Origin: a virus
Strand: one strand, 5' to 3'
Length of the DNA stretch: 64,000 nucleotides
Virus record (IMG/VR): IMGVR_UViG_3300035682_001186
Coordinates: 1 to 64,000 of that record
Part shown: positions 62,877-64,000 of the stretch, in pieces
Position numbering within the stretch: the first letter of the stretch is position 1
Layout: every line of letters starts with the position of its first letter
The notes under the pieces: model-generated
The model's database searches: none
What the model was told of the DNA's origin: nothing
Seen by the model: the letters and a program-made list of their open reading frames with translations, nothing else
Program-made: the position numbers and the translations under genes

Positions 62877-63473
62877 TTAGATTGTGTTTAAAGTGTTGTT
62901 AGACTTGATGTCAGTTGAGTATTTTGTAGATTGTTGATTAGATGAGAGTAGTTTGACCAAATATCCATATCTCTGAAAAAATGGTTCAAACGAGTATATA
63001 TTCCAAGCACCATATACTCTAGTTGAATAGGTTACATGATTTAAATCCATCCATATCCCAGTTTGTTGTTTCTGATGATGTAGAATAGCGGTCTTGGATT
63101 GTACTGCTACATAGCGACCTTTACGATTAAACTTCATTAATAAGATATTGAAATCATCTGGATCACTAGCGGTCATCAATTGATCTATCCACGTTTCTAA
63201 TTGTTTGGATTCGTCAAATAGTTGATGAAATTGAAAATCAGCATAAAACTTACATTCACAATTGAACAATGGAAAACTTTGACCAGGAATAATATCTCCT
63301 TTGAAGTTTCTAATTTGTCCTTCATGTAATATTTGTTTACGATGACTATTAGTGCCACCAGTATAAGCTCCAGAACCAGGCGCTCTCATGAAGTTCTCTC
63401 CATATAACTCTGAGAGAAATTTGGATACTTCACGTTCAAACCCGCTTCCTTTGTTTTTACTTTTACTTGGCAT
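62877..63473 (-). CDS. Holliday junction resolvase (Hjc-like PD-(D/E)XK nuclease)
   Basis: Likely start MPSKSKNKGSGFERE at 63473; RAPGSGA, GDI, ECK. Confidence 0.82.
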   Translation of the reverse strand: MPSKSKNKGSGFEREVSKFLSELYGENFMRAPGSGAYTGGTNSHRKQILHEGQIRNFKGDIIPGQSFPLFNCECKFYADFQFHQLFDESKQLETWIDQLMTASDPDDFNILLMKFNRKGRYVAVQSKTAILHHQKQQTGIWMDLNHVTYSTRVYGAWNIYSFEPFFQRYGYLVKLLSSNQQSTKYSTDIKSNNTLNTI

Positions 63474-63510
63474 GGTAATACTTATCTCTTTATTGTTAAA
63501 TTTAAATATT

Positions 63511-64000
63511 TTATACTGTTGTTTCTGTAGTAGTTTCATATGATGTGAAACCACCTTCTTTAATAACTTTAAGTACGCTAGACACTCTATTTGTTAGTTC
63601 ATCTCTATGTGATACAAGCCAAACTGATTTGTTACGTCTACGTGCCATATCTTTGAGTAGTGCAATACTGTTTTCAACACCAATAGTATCTAAACCATTA
63701 TCAATCAACTCATCAACAAATAATACATTGATAGGACTGTATAATGATTCGTATACATCTCTGAATGAAAAGGATAGCCCAAGGATCAGTCTATTACGCT
63801 CACCACGACTTAGATTATCAAAGTCTAACTCACGTCCTAGCTCAGTGATTTCAACTGTTAAATCATTCTGAAATACAACTGTATGTGGTAAACCCATGGA
63901 ATCCAAATAAAATGATAGACGACTGTTCAAATAAGTTAAATTTTGTTCAATAATCTTTTTACGAACAAAAGATTTTTTGCTTGTCAATAAGTCTAACAAG
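63511..64000 (-). CDS. gp46: Recombination endonuclease ATPase subunit (SbcC/Rad50-like), C-terminal part
   Basis: LSRGERNR signature, LFVDE Walker B, GLD D-loop, VSH switch; 5' end outside window. Confidence 0.92.
   Translation of the reverse strand, partial: LLDLLTSKKSFVRKKIIEQNLTYLNSRLSFYLDSMGLPHTVVFQNDLTVEITELGRELDFDNLSRGERNRLILGLSFSFRDVYESLYSPINVLFVDELIDNGLDTIGVENSIALLKDMARRRNKSVWLVSHRDELTNRVSSVLKVIKEGGFTSYETTTETTV

Overview
This 64-kb window is part of a large, AT-rich T4-like (myovirus) phage genome in the standard genetic code. It holds most of the virion-morphogenesis region: tail sheath (partial), neck gp13/gp14, tail terminator gp15, head module (portal gp20, core proteins, protease gp21, scaffold gp22, capsid gp23), two paralogous tape-measure-like proteins (one with two muralytic domains) and a gp26/gp51-like chaperone pair. 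It also encodes a dNMP kinase, a Nudix hydrolase, a Holliday junction resolvase, the end of gp46 and two free-standing homing endonucleases. Late genes share a GATAAATA late-promoter variant, and several appear leaderless. Best candidates for new biology: (1) an ~11-kb block of glycosyl-, sulfo-, carbamoyl- and methyltransferases plus an APS-kinase/nucleotidyltransferase fusion, lying next to giant Pro-poor Gly-X-Thr collagen fibre genes, suggesting a phage-encoded fibre glycosylation/sulfation system; (2) a capsid-targeted internal 'polyprotein' whose small modules are separated by gp21-type cleavage motifs; (3) a perfect -1 slippery site joining gp26 to gp51, like lambda G/GT tail chaperones; (4) a ~500-bp highly structured non-coding region (origin/primosome-site-like hairpins plus a candidate ncRNA); (5) an A9 tract at a glycosyltransferase junction. 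All calls come from motif recognition by eye; no database searches were run.
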